Assembly: GCA_013349735.1 (NCBI GenBank)
Contig: DUZC01000001.1
Coordinates: forward strand, 1 to 32,980
DNA: 32,980 nucleotides
Reading direction: 5' to 3'
Source of the DNA: Rhodospirillaceae bacterium
GTDB lineage: Bacteria; Pseudomonadota; Alphaproteobacteria; Rhodospirillales; Magnetospirillaceae
A program made the position numbers and the translations under genes. Of this stretch, positions 8,295 to 17,649 are shown piece by piece. The notes under the pieces were generated by a model, which had not been told where the DNA came from, did no database searches, and worked only from the letters and a program-made list of their open reading frames with translations. Numbering within the stretch: the first letter of the stretch is position 1; each line of letters starts with the position of its first letter.

Positions 8295-8501
8295 TCATCC
8301 TTTCTCAGCAACACCATCGTGAGAACGGCCACGACGTCCCGGTATGATGTCCTGCAATTCCTTTAATTCCTGCTCGCGCCCTTTAAGGCCCCGCCAGGTC
8401 AGCAGGGCCAGCGCGACCATGACCACAGCGGTAATGGCATAGGCCGACCAGACATAGCCGGCATAGCCACCCATCGAAAAATAAGAAGCCAATGAGTCCA
8501 T
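8295..8501 (-). CDS. ccmD: Heme exporter protein CcmD
   Basis: Small single-TM protein, MDSLASYFSMGGYAGYVWSAYAITAVVMVALALL, in the canonical position between ccmC and ccmE. The ATG at 8499-8501 is preceded by GAGGGG. The ORF-track start at 8561 overlaps ccmC. Confidence 0.75.
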   Translation of the reverse strand: MDSLASYFSMGGYAGYVWSAYAITAVVMVALALLTWRGLKGREQELKELQDIIPGRRGRSHDGVAEKG

Positions 8502-8517
8502 TTTCCCCTCGCCGGGC

Positions 8518-9273
8518 TTATCCGAGCGCTTCGCCAGAGGGGTCCGCCCCTGGCATGCCATGAATCTGTGTCAGCCGAATTGCCCTGATCTTGGCTGCCA
8601 AAACTTCCAATCGAACCCGCAATAAAAGCACGGTGACGAAGAACATGGTGAAGCCGACCCCCATCAACAACAGGGGTAGTAACATCGAGGGGTCGATTTT
8701 TGGCATTCCCAAGCGGGTCACGCTGGCCGGTTGATGTAAGGTATTCCACCAATCAACCGAAAATTTGATGACCGGAACATTGACGAACCCAGCCAAAGCC
8801 AGGATTGCCGCTGCCTTCATGCCTCGCCCCGGATCATCAAAGGCATTCAGCAGAGCCATATGTCCGAGATAAAGAAAAAACAAAATCAGCATGCTGGTCA
8901 GGCGCGCATCCCACGCCCACCAGGTCCCCCACATCGGCTTTCCCCACAGAGACCCGGTCACCAAGCAAAGAAAAGTAAAGCTGGCGCCGATGGGTGAAGC
9001 TGATTTGGCGATCAGATCAGCCAGAGGATGTTTCCAGATCAGTCCGACAGCCGAAGCGCCGGCCATGCAGGAATAGGCCGCCATGGCCACCCAGGCCGCC
9101 GGCACATGGACATACATGATACGGACGGTTTCCCCTTGCTGATAGTCAGCCGGCGAGACCAAAAGACCAAAATAGAGCCCAGCGCCGATCAATAAAAGTG
9201 TGACGGCCGCTGTCCACGGTTGAATAACCGAAGCTAGGCGCAAAAAACGTGCAGGATTGGCAAAGCGATGCAT
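8518..9273 (-). CDS. ccmC: Heme exporter protein CcmC
   Basis: 251 aa, polytopic, with the WGKPMWGTWWAWDARLTS (WWD) motif. Confidence 0.95.
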   Translation of the reverse strand: MHRFANPARFLRLASVIQPWTAAVTLLLIGAGLYFGLLVSPADYQQGETVRIMYVHVPAAWVAMAAYSCMAGASAVGLIWKHPLADLIAKSASPIGASFTFLCLVTGSLWGKPMWGTWWAWDARLTSMLILFFLYLGHMALLNAFDDPGRGMKAAAILALAGFVNVPVIKFSVDWWNTLHQPASVTRLGMPKIDPSMLLPLLLMGVGFTMFFVTVLLLRVRLEVLAAKIRAIRLTQIHGMPGADPSGEALG

Positions 9274-9334
9274 GGCGGAGGTTCTACAGCTTGTTTCAAA
9301 AAAATTCCAGATTTTCGCAAAAATTGCGATTGAA

Positions 9335-10000
9335 TCATTCCAAAGCCTGACGCAAAGCGGCGGCAGCAGCCCAGGGCGCCAGCGGCAAGGCCCCGAGCAA
9401 AAAGCCCCCCAACATCAACAGCAGGCCATCTGCCGGTAACCCCTGAACTGCGGCATCAATGGCGCCGACCCCCAAGATCAGGACAGGCACATAGAGCGGC
9501 AGAACCAGCAACGACAACAACACCCCGCCACGACGCGCCCCCAGCACCAAGGCTGCCCCCATAGCACCAATCAGGCTCAAAGTCGGCGTTCCCAGCAACA
9601 TCGTCAGCAACAAAGTCCCGAACCCATCGGCATGCATATGAAGAAGCACGGCCAACACCGGCGCCGCCACCATCAGCGGCAATCCCGTGGTCAACCAGTG
9701 CGCGACCACTTTACCGATGACCAACAGCTCCAGCGCGGTTGGCGTCAAGGCCAGAAGCTCCAGGCTGCCATCCTCGTAATCGGCAAGGAAAAGCCTGTCC
9801 AAAGACAGCATCGAAGCCAAAAGAGCCGTCACCCACAGCACACCGGCACTGGTCCGTTCCAACAAATTGGTCTCAGGACCGAGCCCAAAGGGAAACAGCA
9901 CCACGGTCAGCACAAAAAAGGTAACCACCATGACGCTGTCGCTGCCTTGACGTAGCGCAAGCCGAAGGTCACGGCGAATAATTTCGGACAGGCGGCTCAT
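9335..10000 (-). CDS. ccmB: Heme exporter ABC permease CcmB
   Basis: 221 aa with six hydrophobic segments, located between ccmA and ccmC. The ATG overlaps the ccmA TGA (ATGA at 9997-10000). Confidence 0.9.
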   Translation of the reverse strand: MSRLSEIIRRDLRLALRQGSDSVMVVTFFVLTVVLFPFGLGPETNLLERTSAGVLWVTALLASMLSLDRLFLADYEDGSLELLALTPTALELLVIGKVVAHWLTTGLPLMVAAPVLAVLLHMHADGFGTLLLTMLLGTPTLSLIGAMGAALVLGARRGGVLLSLLVLPLYVPVLILGVGAIDAAVQGLPADGLLLMLGGFLLGALPLAPWAAAAALRQALE

Positions 10001-10665
10001 GCCCAGAACTCCGGCGGCGTGGTCGGGGTAAACCGGTCAAGATGCAATTCCGTCGCGCCGGGAAGGGAAACATCGGCGTGGGTTGACAGGATCACCATAC
10101 CTCCATTCGCCCGATGTTCCGCGATAACCGCTTCAAGCGTCTTCACCGACGCTTTGTCCAAGGCGACGCTTGGCTCATCAAGCAACCATAAGCTGGCCGG
10201 CGCGGCCAACAAACGCGCCAGATTGAGGCGGCGCTTTTGTCCGGCGGAGAGCAATTTTCCGGGCACCTGACGCAGATGCCAAAGGCCGAACCGTTCAAGC
10301 GCGGCCTTGACGGCCGCGTCGCCCGCCAGGGGATCGTGGAGACGCCCCCAAAAGCGGAGATTTTCCATCACCGACAGAACCGGTTTAATCGCGTCATGAT
10401 GTCCAACATAGTGAATACGGGCCGCATGACCTTCGCGATCTTCGGCCAAAGCCTGATGATTCCAGGTCAGACGGCCAGCCGCCGGTTTTAGCAAACCGGC
10501 CAGAACGCGCAGCAGGCTGGATTTGCCGCTGCCGTTGGGGCCAAGCAGAAACATTGCCTCGCCCGAAGCCAGGGAAAGGTCAAGCCGCGTAAAAACCACA
10601 CGCTCGCCACGAACGCAAACGAGGCCTTCGGCGGTAAAAGTTGAAAATGCTTGTTCACTTGTCAT
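9997..10665 (-). CDS. ccmA: Heme exporter ABC ATPase CcmA
   Basis: Walker A GPNGSGKS, signature LSAGQKRR and Walker B LWLLDEP. I placed the start at the internal ATG 10663-10665 (MTSEQAFSTF...). The ORF-track start at 10797 would abut acnB and adds a non-ABC extension. Confidence 0.9.
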   Translation of the reverse strand: MTSEQAFSTFTAEGLVCVRGERVVFTRLDLSLASGEAMFLLGPNGSGKSSLLRVLAGLLKPAAGRLTWNHQALAEDREGHAARIHYVGHHDAIKPVLSVMENLRFWGRLHDPLAGDAAVKAALERFGLWHLRQVPGKLLSAGQKRRLNLARLLAAPASLWLLDEPSVALDKASVKTLEAVIAEHRANGGMVILSTHADVSLPGATELHLDRFTPTTPPEFWA

Positions 10666-10795
10666 GGGGCGGCACCATATCAAAACGAACGATGGCGCCA
10701 AGAGGAATCGCCAGTTATCTTTTGTGCCGCCAATTTCACTTTCGGTGCTACGGCACCGGCTTGCGCCATGACTTAAAGAAGAAAGGTGCTTATCC

Positions 10796-13381
10796 ATGCT
10801 TGAAGCTTATCGCCAACATGTGGCGGAACGGAACGCTCTTGGGATCCCTCCTTTGCCGCTGTCATCAAAGCAAACCGAGGATCTGGTCAGCCTGCTCAAA
10901 GCGCCACCCAAAGGCGAAGAGGCATTTTTGGTCGATTTGCTGACCCACCGCGTACCGGCCGGTGTCGATGATGCAGCCAAAATTAAAGCAGCCTTTTTAG
11001 ACGCTGTCGCCCAAGGCCGGGAAAGCTCGCCACTGGTCTCCAAGATTAAAGCCACGGAACTCCTTGGCACCATGCTGGGTGGATTCAATATCAAACCGCT
11101 GATCGAGCTCCTTTCCAGCCCGGAATGCGCCAAAACCGCCGCCGAAGCGCTGAAAAAGACGCTGCTGATGTTTGACTATTTTCATGATGTCAAGGAACTC
11201 GCCGAAAAGGGTAATGCCGAAGCAAAGGGCGTTTTGCAAAGCTGGGCCGATGCGGAATGGTTCACGTCGCGCCCGGAAGTGCCGAAGTCCCTGACCGTCA
11301 CTATTTTCAAGGTCACCGGTGAAACCAATACCGACGATTTGTCCCCTGCCCCGGATGCCTGGAGCCGTCCGGACATTCCCTTGCATGCCCTGGCCATGCT
11401 GAAGAATCCGCGTCCTGGCATCGAACCGGAAGAGCCGGGCCAGCGTGGTCCGATGAAACAATTGGCTGCTCTGGCCGCCAAGGGGCATCTGGTGGCCTAT
11501 GTTGGCGATGTGGTGGGAACCGGATCCTCCCGCAAGTCGGCCACCAATTCGGTGCTCTGGTGGACCGGCGAGGATATTCCCTTTGTTCCCAACAAGCGCT
11601 TTGGCGGTGTCTGTCTTGGCGCCAAGATCGCGCCGATTTTTTATAACACCATGGAAGATGCCGGCGCTCTGCCCATCGAATTGGATGTCGCTCAGATGGA
11701 TATGGGGGATGTCGTCGAACTTCGTCCCTATGAGGGCAAGGCGTTAAAAAACGGCAAGGTCATTGCCGAGTTCACCGTCAAATCCGACGTCATTTTTGAT
11801 GAAGTCAGGGCCGGCGGCCGCATTCCTTTGATCATCGGCCGCGGGCTGACGAGCAAAGCACGCGAGGCTTTGGGACTGAAGCCGTCCAGCTTGTTCCGCC
11901 TGCCCCAGGCGGTCGCCGACAGCGGCAAAGGTTTCAGCCTGGCACAGAAGATGGTGGGCCGCGCCTGCGGACTGCCGGAAGGCAAGGGCGTAAGGCCTGG
12001 CACCTATTGCGAGCCCAGAATGACCACTGTCGGCTCGCAGGACACCACCGGCCCAATGACCCGGGACGAGTTGAAGGATCTGGCCTGTCTGGGGTTCTCG
12101 GCAGATCTGGTTATGCAGTCCTTCTGTCATACCGCGGCCTATCCGAAGCTGGTGGATGTGCAAACCCATCGTGAACTCCCAACCTTCATCTCAACCCGGG
12201 GTGGCGTCAGCCTGCGCCCGGGCGACGGGGTTATTCATTCCTGGCTGAACCGCCTGTTGTTACCTGACACCGTTGGCACCGGCGGGGACTCGCATACCCG
12301 CTTTCCCATCGGCATTTCCTTTCCGGCGGGATCCGGACTGGTGGCCTTTGCGGCGGCCACCGGCGTGATGCCCCTGGATATGCCGGAAAGCGTTCTGGTC
12401 CGTTTCAAAGGGAAAATGCAGCCGGGCGTCACTTTGCGGGATCTCGTCAATGCCATCCCGCTTTATGCCATCCGCCAGGGCCTGCTGACCGTTGAGAAAA
12501 AAGGTAAGAAGAATATTTTCTCGGGTCGCATTCTTGAAATTGAGGGCTTACCCGATCTAAAGGTGGAACAGGCTTTCGAACTGTCCGATGCCTCGGCCGA
12601 ACGTTCGGCGGCGGCCTGCACGGTAAGGCTCAATAAAGAACCGATTATCGAATATATGCGTTCGAACATCACCTTGATGAAGTGGATGATCGCAAACGGC
12701 TATCTTGACCGTCGCACCCTTGAACGCCGCATCGCTGCCATGAATGAGTGGATTGCCAACCCGCAATTGCTCAGCGCCGACAAAGATGCCGAATATGCCG
12801 CCGTGATCGACATTGATCTGGCTGATATCAAGGAACCGGTGGTGGCCTGTCCCAACGATCCGGATGACGTCAAGCTTTTGTCCGAAGTTGCCGGCGACAA
12901 AATCGATGAAGTCTTTATCGGTTCTTGCATGACCAATATCGGACATTTCCGTGCTGCGGGAAAAATTCTCGACGGCAAGTCGGATATTCCCACCCGCCTA
13001 TGGATTGCGCCCCCCACGAAAATGGACGCGATGATCCTAAATGAAGAAGGCTATTACAGCGTTCTCGGCAAATCCGGGGCCCGCATGGAAATGCCGGGCT
13101 GTTCACTGTGCATGGGCAATCAGGCCCAGGTCCGCAAGGGATCGACCGCCATGTCGACCTCAACCCGTAATTTCCCGAACCGGCTCGGCATCGATACCCG
13201 GGTCTATCTCGGTTCGGCGGAATTGTCGGCGGTCTGCGCCCTGCTTGGACGGATCCCGACCGTGGCCGAATATCTGGCACAGGTTGAGACGCTTAATAAA
13301 AAGGCCGCGGATGTATATCGCTATATGAACTTCGACCAAATCGCAGAATTCCGCGACATGGCCGAAAGCGTCAAGGTCTGA
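10796..13381 (+). CDS. acnB: Aconitate hydratase B (bifunctional aconitase 2 / 2-methylisocitrate dehydratase)
   Basis: 861 aa. N-terminus [22 protein letters not shown] is typical of AcnB, with the HEAT-like and swivel domains before the catalytic domains and Fe-S ligand regions (e.g. [16 protein letters not shown]). Confidence 0.95.
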   Translation: MLEAYRQHVAERNALGIPPLPLSSKQTEDLVSLLKAPPKGEEAFLVDLLTHRVPAGVDDAAKIKAAFLDAVAQGRESSPLVSKIKATELLGTMLGGFNIKPLIELLSSPECAKTAAEALKKTLLMFDYFHDVKELAEKGNAEAKGVLQSWADAEWFTSRPEVPKSLTVTIFKVTGETNTDDLSPAPDAWSRPDIPLHALAMLKNPRPGIEPEEPGQRGPMKQLAALAAKGHLVAYVGDVVGTGSSRKSATNSVLWWTGEDIPFVPNKRFGGVCLGAKIAPIFYNTMEDAGALPIELDVAQMDMGDVVELRPYEGKALKNGKVIAEFTVKSDVIFDEVRAGGRIPLIIGRGLTSKAREALGLKPSSLFRLPQAVADSGKGFSLAQKMVGRACGLPEGKGVRPGTYCEPRMTTVGSQDTTGPMTRDELKDLACLGFSADLVMQSFCHTAAYPKLVDVQTHRELPTFISTRGGVSLRPGDGVIHSWLNRLLLPDTVGTGGDSHTRFPIGISFPAGSGLVAFAAATGVMPLDMPESVLVRFKGKMQPGVTLRDLVNAIPLYAIRQGLLTVEKKGKKNIFSGRILEIEGLPDLKVEQAFELSDASAERSAAACTVRLNKEPIIEYMRSNITLMKWMIANGYLDRRTLERRIAAMNEWIANPQLLSADKDAEYAAVIDIDLADIKEPVVACPNDPDDVKLLSEVAGDKIDEVFIGSCMTNIGHFRAAGKILDGKSDIPTRLWIAPPTKMDAMILNEEGYYSVLGKSGARMEMPGCSLCMGNQAQVRKGSTAMSTSTRNFPNRLGIDTRVYLGSAELSAVCALLGRIPTVAEYLAQVETLNKKAADVYRYMNFDQIAEFRDMAESVKV

Positions 13382-13403
13382 ACAGGAAAATCGGGTATGA
13401 CCA

Positions 13404-13437
13404 ATCCCCTGCGGTGCCCCTCAGCCCCGCAGGGGAT
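13404..13437. terminator. Bidirectional stem-loop between convergent acnB and the LysR gene
   Basis: Perfect 11-bp arms, ATCCCCTGCGG (13404-13414) and CCGCAGGGGAT (13427-13437), with a 12-nt loop. There is no clear U-tract, and the right arm touches the LysR stop codon. Confidence 0.45.
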
Positions 13438-14294
13438 CAGTCTTCAATCTCAAGGGATGCCACGTGACGGAAGCCTCTTACAGCGGCATTCAAGGCATCG
13501 CTGTGATCCTCGGCCGTGGCATAGACCACATGGGCGGGGCGCCGGAACTCCGGGGCATCTTCGACCATATGCAGGCTTCCTGCCTGCAGATAAGGGCGAA
13601 CCACCCGCATCGGGAAATAACCAAAGCCACCCTGGGTTGTGATATGCCGCAGTCCTAAAATACCAAGGCCGACAGCCACCGGCGGCGTTGACAAATCGGG
13701 AAAGGCTTGGCTGTGGGCAGCCCGGAAATCAGGCCCCCAATCGACAAAAACATAGCTGTCATCCCAATCCGCGATCGTCCGCGGCTTGGCCGATACCAGA
13801 ACAAGCCGTTCTTCTAAAATTTTTTCGGTCACCAGCCCTGGGCGGCTTTGCGGCGAGTACATGACGCAGATATCAATCAGCCCTTCGCCCAATAGCCGCA
13901 TCAGACCGTCCGAGGAACCGACTTCGACCTTCAGCGCGACATCAGGCATTTCAGCCCGCATCCAAGGCATCCATGGCAAAAGCATACGGTCCCATAAGGA
14001 AAATTGTCCGCCCACCGTCAGCAAAGAACGCAGGCCGGGTGGAAGCGCCAATTCCTGGCGAGCCTGCTCCCAAACCCGCACCATATTGCTGGCATAACGG
14101 CGAAACTGCGCCCCGGCTGCGGTCATTTCGGTTCCCGCCTTATTCCGAATGAACAAGGGGCGCCCAAGTTCATCTTCTAGCGCCTTGATCCGCATGGAAA
14201 CGGTCGATTGGGTGACATTCAGACGTTCCGCGGCCCGATTGAAATTCCCGGTCTCGGTAATTTCCAAAAATGTCCGTGCGAGATCGATATTCAT
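13437..14294 (-). CDS. LysR-family transcriptional regulator
   Basis: N-terminal wHTH MNIDLARTFLEITETGNFNRAAERLNVTQSTVSMRIKALEDELG plus a LysR substrate-binding domain. I placed the start at the internal ATG (14292-14294); the ORF track begins 6 codons earlier. Confidence 0.9.
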   Translation of the reverse strand: MNIDLARTFLEITETGNFNRAAERLNVTQSTVSMRIKALEDELGRPLFIRNKAGTEMTAAGAQFRRYASNMVRVWEQARQELALPPGLRSLLTVGGQFSLWDRMLLPWMPWMRAEMPDVALKVEVGSSDGLMRLLGEGLIDICVMYSPQSRPGLVTEKILEERLVLVSAKPRTIADWDDSYVFVDWGPDFRAAHSQAFPDLSTPPVAVGLGILGLRHITTQGGFGYFPMRVVRPYLQAGSLHMVEDAPEFRRPAHVVYATAEDHSDALNAAVRGFRHVASLEIED

Positions 14295-14367
14295 GGGGGG
14301 CAACCAGACCATTAGGCGTCAGAGCAGCCTGAACGCGGGGGCACCTTCTAACGCAGCCCCTGCTTAA

Positions 14368-14409
14368 CATCAACAAAATTGATGTATGATTTGCAACACA
14401 GTTGCAAAT
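14368..14409. promoter_or_regulatory. Two adjacent perfect dyads in the LysR / hydrolase divergent promoter region (candidate LTTR operator)
   Basis: CATCAA-N5-TTGATG (14368-14384) and ATTTGCAAC-ACA-GTTGCAAAT (14389-14409). They lie in an AT-rich 235-bp spacer 75-115 bp upstream of the LysR start. Confidence 0.4.
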
Positions 14410-14529
14410 AAATCACATAAATATCAGAGGCGAAGCGGACTATTCTTGATTTGAGCCCGGCAATCAGGCATTGACTTTTTAATATTGGGCAATGATGCCT
14501 GTACCCCACGGTAAAGGTCTGGGCCGAAG

Positions 14530-15081
14530 ATGTGGCAGACAACGATGCTGATTCTTCCGGGATTAGGGGATTCGGGGTTGTCTCATTGGCAGACGCTTTG
14601 GCAATTGTCGACACCCGGCGCAAAACGGGTTGAACAGGATGACTTTGCCAATCCGGTTTTGCCCGATTGGATTAATCGGCTGCAGGACGCCGTCCTGGCG
14701 GCACCATCGCCCGTCCTGTTGATCGCCCATAGCCTTTCCTGCGTCCTCGTGGCCCATTGGGCCCGCAGCGGCGCCACGGGGCGCATCGCGGCGGCAATGC
14801 TGGTCGCCCCGACCGACGTTGAAGCCAAATCCTCGGCGCCGCCCGAATGCTGGGACTTTGCGCCGATGCCATTGGATCCGCTGCCCTTTCCAACATTAGT
14901 GGTCGCCAGTCGCGACGACAGTTATGTCAGCCTGGAACGCGCCACCTTTTTCGCGTCCTCCTGGCGCGCCCAGCTGGCCGATATCGGTCGGGCAGGCCAT
15001 ATCAATGGAAAATCGGGCTTGGGCGGCTGGCCCGAAGGCCGCCGCCTGCTGAGCGATTTGGTCGCCCGATCCCTTCGCTAA
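14530..15081 (+). CDS. Alpha/beta serine hydrolase, YdeN/RBBP9-like family
   Basis: 183 aa with LILPGLGDSGLSHWQTLW near the N-terminus, the nucleophile elbow LIAHSLSC (GxSxG-like, HSLS), and C-terminal GHIN. An alternative start is the ATG at 14545. Confidence 0.75.
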   Translation: MWQTTMLILPGLGDSGLSHWQTLWQLSTPGAKRVEQDDFANPVLPDWINRLQDAVLAAPSPVLLIAHSLSCVLVAHWARSGATGRIAAAMLVAPTDVEAKSSAPPECWDFAPMPLDPLPFPTLVVASRDDSYVSLERATFFASSWRAQLADIGRAGHINGKSGLGGWPEGRRLLSDLVARSLR

Positions 15082-15083
15082 AT

Positions 15084-16946
15084 TTAAACAGCGCGCTCCA
15101 ACATCATTGACAGTCTCTGCGCAAAGGCCTGCGTGTCCGGCACGGCTTCCCCTTCGACAATCCGCGCCTGATCCAGCAGCAAATGCGCCGCGTCGGTCAA
15201 CCGTTCCACCGCCCCATCGCCTTTGGCATCATTGGCAAGGCGACGGATCAACGGATGGGCTGGATTAACCTCCAGTATGCGCGGCGGCCGCTTGGCCCCG
15301 CCCTGATGTTGCCGCAGTAGCCGCTCAAGATGCATGCTGACATCGCCGTCATCGGCTACCAGGCAAACCGGGCTTGAGGTCAGTCTGGCCGAACTGCGAA
15401 CATCCTTGACCTGCTCGCCCAACGCCAATTTGAACGACGCGATCAAAGCGTCCATCTCGTCATTGGCGGCCGGCTCAGCAGCCTTTTCTTGCTCGCCATC
15501 CTCGCTCTTGACGGCAGAAAGGTCAGCGGCCCCCTGAGCAACCGAGCGGAAGTTCTTTTCGCGAAAGGCATTGACTGCGGAAGGCCAGAACTCGTCAATC
15601 GGATCGGTCAGCAGCAACACTTCCACCCCTTTGGCGATATAGCCTTCGAGCAGGGGACTTTTACGAACCGTTTCGACCTCATCGCCCGTAATGTAATAGA
15701 TGGCCTCTTGCCCAGCTTTCATGCGGTCGAGATAGGCGGCAAGAGTAATCGGCTCGTCAGAATTGGTGGTACGGAACCGACAAATCTCCAGCACTTCGTC
15801 ACGGCGCTCGAAATCTTCATACAGGCCTTCCTTGAGAACGGCCCCGAAGCAATTCCAGAAGCTAGCAAAATCGCCGTCGCTATCTTCCGACTTTTTCTTC
15901 AGTTCACTAAGAACCCGTTTGACTAAGCCAGTTTTAATTTTTGCCAGCATCGGATTGTGCTGCAACATCTCGCGGCTCAGGTTCAAAGGCAAATCCTGGC
16001 TGTCCACCACCCCGCGCAAAAACCGCAGATAAGCGGGAAGAAGCTCGGCACAGTCATCGGTGATGAAAACTCTTTTGACGTAGAGTTTAAGATGTTGTTT
16101 GCGATCCGGATGAAAAATGTCGAAGGGCTTCTGGCTCGGCACGAATAGCAGCCCGGTATATTCGATCGCCCCTTCGGCTTTGTAATGCAAAGTCATCCAG
16201 GGATCATCAAAGGCATGGGCCACATGATGGTAAAATTCGGTATATTGCTCTTTGGTGATCTCGCTCTTAGAGCGTGTCCACAGGGCGGACGCGCTGTTAG
16301 CGGTCTCTTCCTTGTCATCGGCGACAAGAACAATCGGCAGAGCGATATGGTCGGAATAAGTCTTAATGATATGACGGAGGCGGTAACTTTCCAGGAATTC
16401 ATCCTCGCCCGCACGCAAATGCATCACGATGCGCGTCCCGCGATCCAGCCCCGCCTCTTCAGCAACGACAAACTCGCCCAGGCCTTCTGACGACCAGCGC
16501 CACCCCTGCTCTTCACCGGCACGGCGGGTAAACACATCGACCTTTTCCGCGACCATGAAGGCAGAATAGAAACCGACGCCAAATTGGCCGATCAAGCTCA
16601 CATCCTTTTTGGCATCCCCACTCAGTTGCTTGACGAACTGGGCCGTCCCGGAACGCGCGATCGTCCCCAGGGTTTCCACCAGGTCGGCCCGGTTCATACC
16701 GATGCCGTTATCGCGGATGGTCAGGGTTCTGGCGGCCTTGTCCGGCGTAATGATAATCCGAAAATCACCATCACCGGCGATCAGATCGGCCTGGGTCAAT
16801 GCCGCATAACGCAACCGATCGCAGGCGTCTGAAGCGTTGGAGATCAGCTCCCGCAAAAAGATCTCTTTGTTGCTGTAGAGCGAATGAACGACGATATCGA
16901 GAAGTTTGCTGACTTCCGCCTGAAAACTAAGCTTTTCTTCGGCCAT
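15084..16946 (-). CDS. htpG: Molecular chaperone HtpG (Hsp90)
   Basis: 620 aa with the N-terminal GHKL ATPase motifs FQAEVSKLLDIVVHSLYSNKEIFLRELISNASDACDRLRY and GQFGVGFYSAFMVA. Confidence 0.97.
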   Translation of the reverse strand: MAEEKLSFQAEVSKLLDIVVHSLYSNKEIFLRELISNASDACDRLRYAALTQADLIAGDGDFRIIITPDKAARTLTIRDNGIGMNRADLVETLGTIARSGTAQFVKQLSGDAKKDVSLIGQFGVGFYSAFMVAEKVDVFTRRAGEEQGWRWSSEGLGEFVVAEEAGLDRGTRIVMHLRAGEDEFLESYRLRHIIKTYSDHIALPIVLVADDKEETANSASALWTRSKSEITKEQYTEFYHHVAHAFDDPWMTLHYKAEGAIEYTGLLFVPSQKPFDIFHPDRKQHLKLYVKRVFITDDCAELLPAYLRFLRGVVDSQDLPLNLSREMLQHNPMLAKIKTGLVKRVLSELKKKSEDSDGDFASFWNCFGAVLKEGLYEDFERRDEVLEICRFRTTNSDEPITLAAYLDRMKAGQEAIYYITGDEVETVRKSPLLEGYIAKGVEVLLLTDPIDEFWPSAVNAFREKNFRSVAQGAADLSAVKSEDGEQEKAAEPAANDEMDALIASFKLALGEQVKDVRSSARLTSSPVCLVADDGDVSMHLERLLRQHQGGAKRPPRILEVNPAHPLIRRLANDAKGDGAVERLTDAAHLLLDQARIVEGEAVPDTQAFAQRLSMMLERAV

Positions 16947-17000
16947 GAGAAGAGTAACCTTGGTTAAGTGGATCCTGCCCGTTCAGGGTAATCGACCGCA

Positions 17001-17031
17001 GGATATGAGGGAGCCTTCGGCGAAGCGCAAG
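17001..17031 (-). promoter_or_regulatory. Candidate RpoH (sigma32)-type promoter of htpG
   Basis: The minus-strand sense reads CTTGCGC-N13-CCCTCATAT, resembling CTTGAAA-N13-15-CCCCATNT, about 55-85 nt upstream of the htpG ATG. The match is imperfect. Confidence 0.3.
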
Positions 17032-17206
17032 CCCCCGGGTGCAGGAAACCTTTCAGGAGATCAAATCAGGGCGTTGCTGTTCTTCGGATGAACGGCTATC
17101 TATAGCGGCCTTTTGACGATCCAAACCGGACCAGCGACAACGCTGGCAACCAATAACCTAGACCTTCGCCCCAGGCGCTGGTCAAAACACAAAGACGGAG
17201 AATTTC

Positions 17207-17569
17207 ATGCAGATTCCGTTGCAGATTACCTTCCACGGGATCGACCATTCCGACTCGGTCGAGGAACGGATCCGCGAAAAAGCGGCCAAGCTTGAACAGA
17301 TTTTCGACCGCATCACCAGTTGCCGTGTGGTGATCGAAGCGCATCATCGCAATACCAGCAGCCTGCATCGCAAGGGAGAGCCCTTTCATATTCGCGTTGA
17401 TGTAACGGTTCCAGGCTCGGAACTGGTGGTAAAGCGCGACCCGAAGGATTCTCATGTCAATGAGGATATCTTCGTGGCATTGCGCGAAGCGTTCGGCAAC
17501 ATGGAGCGCCAGCTTAAAGAGTATGTGGCACGCATGCGGGGCGACGTTAAAAGCCGCGCCGCCCAATAA
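17207..17569 (+). CDS. HPF/RaiA (S30AE) family ribosome-associated / hibernation factor, short form
   Basis: 120 aa. MQIPLQITFHGIDHSDSVEERIREKAAKLEQIFDRITSCRVVIE and the C-terminal ERQLKEY pattern are typical of the sigma54-modulation / ribosome-associated inhibitor fold. GGAGAA lies upstream of the ATG. Confidence 0.8.
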   Translation: MQIPLQITFHGIDHSDSVEERIREKAAKLEQIFDRITSCRVVIEAHHRNTSSLHRKGEPFHIRVDVTVPGSELVVKRDPKDSHVNEDIFVALREAFGNMERQLKEYVARMRGDVKSRAAQ

Positions 17570-17581
17570 ACCAGCCCAATC

Positions 17582-17605
17582 AGGTCCCGCCTTTCGGCGG
17601 GACCT
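17582..17605 (+). terminator. Stem-loop downstream of the HPF-like gene
   Basis: Perfect 10-bp stem AGGTCCCGCC / GGCGGGACCT with a TTTC tetraloop, 13 nt after the TAA. No U-tract follows. Confidence 0.5.
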
Positions 17606-17649
17606 TACCGGCCTTGCAATCAGAGCCTTGTCAGCCGATCCTGTAAGAC

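Noticed and set aside
10666-10795. The ccmA-acnB divergent spacer, examined for iron-responsive operators (Fur box, Irr ICE TTTAGAA-N3-TTCTAAA, RirA IRO box) because both units are Fe/heme related.
   Set aside because: I found no credible match and no convincing -35/-10 pair by eye, so I make no claim.
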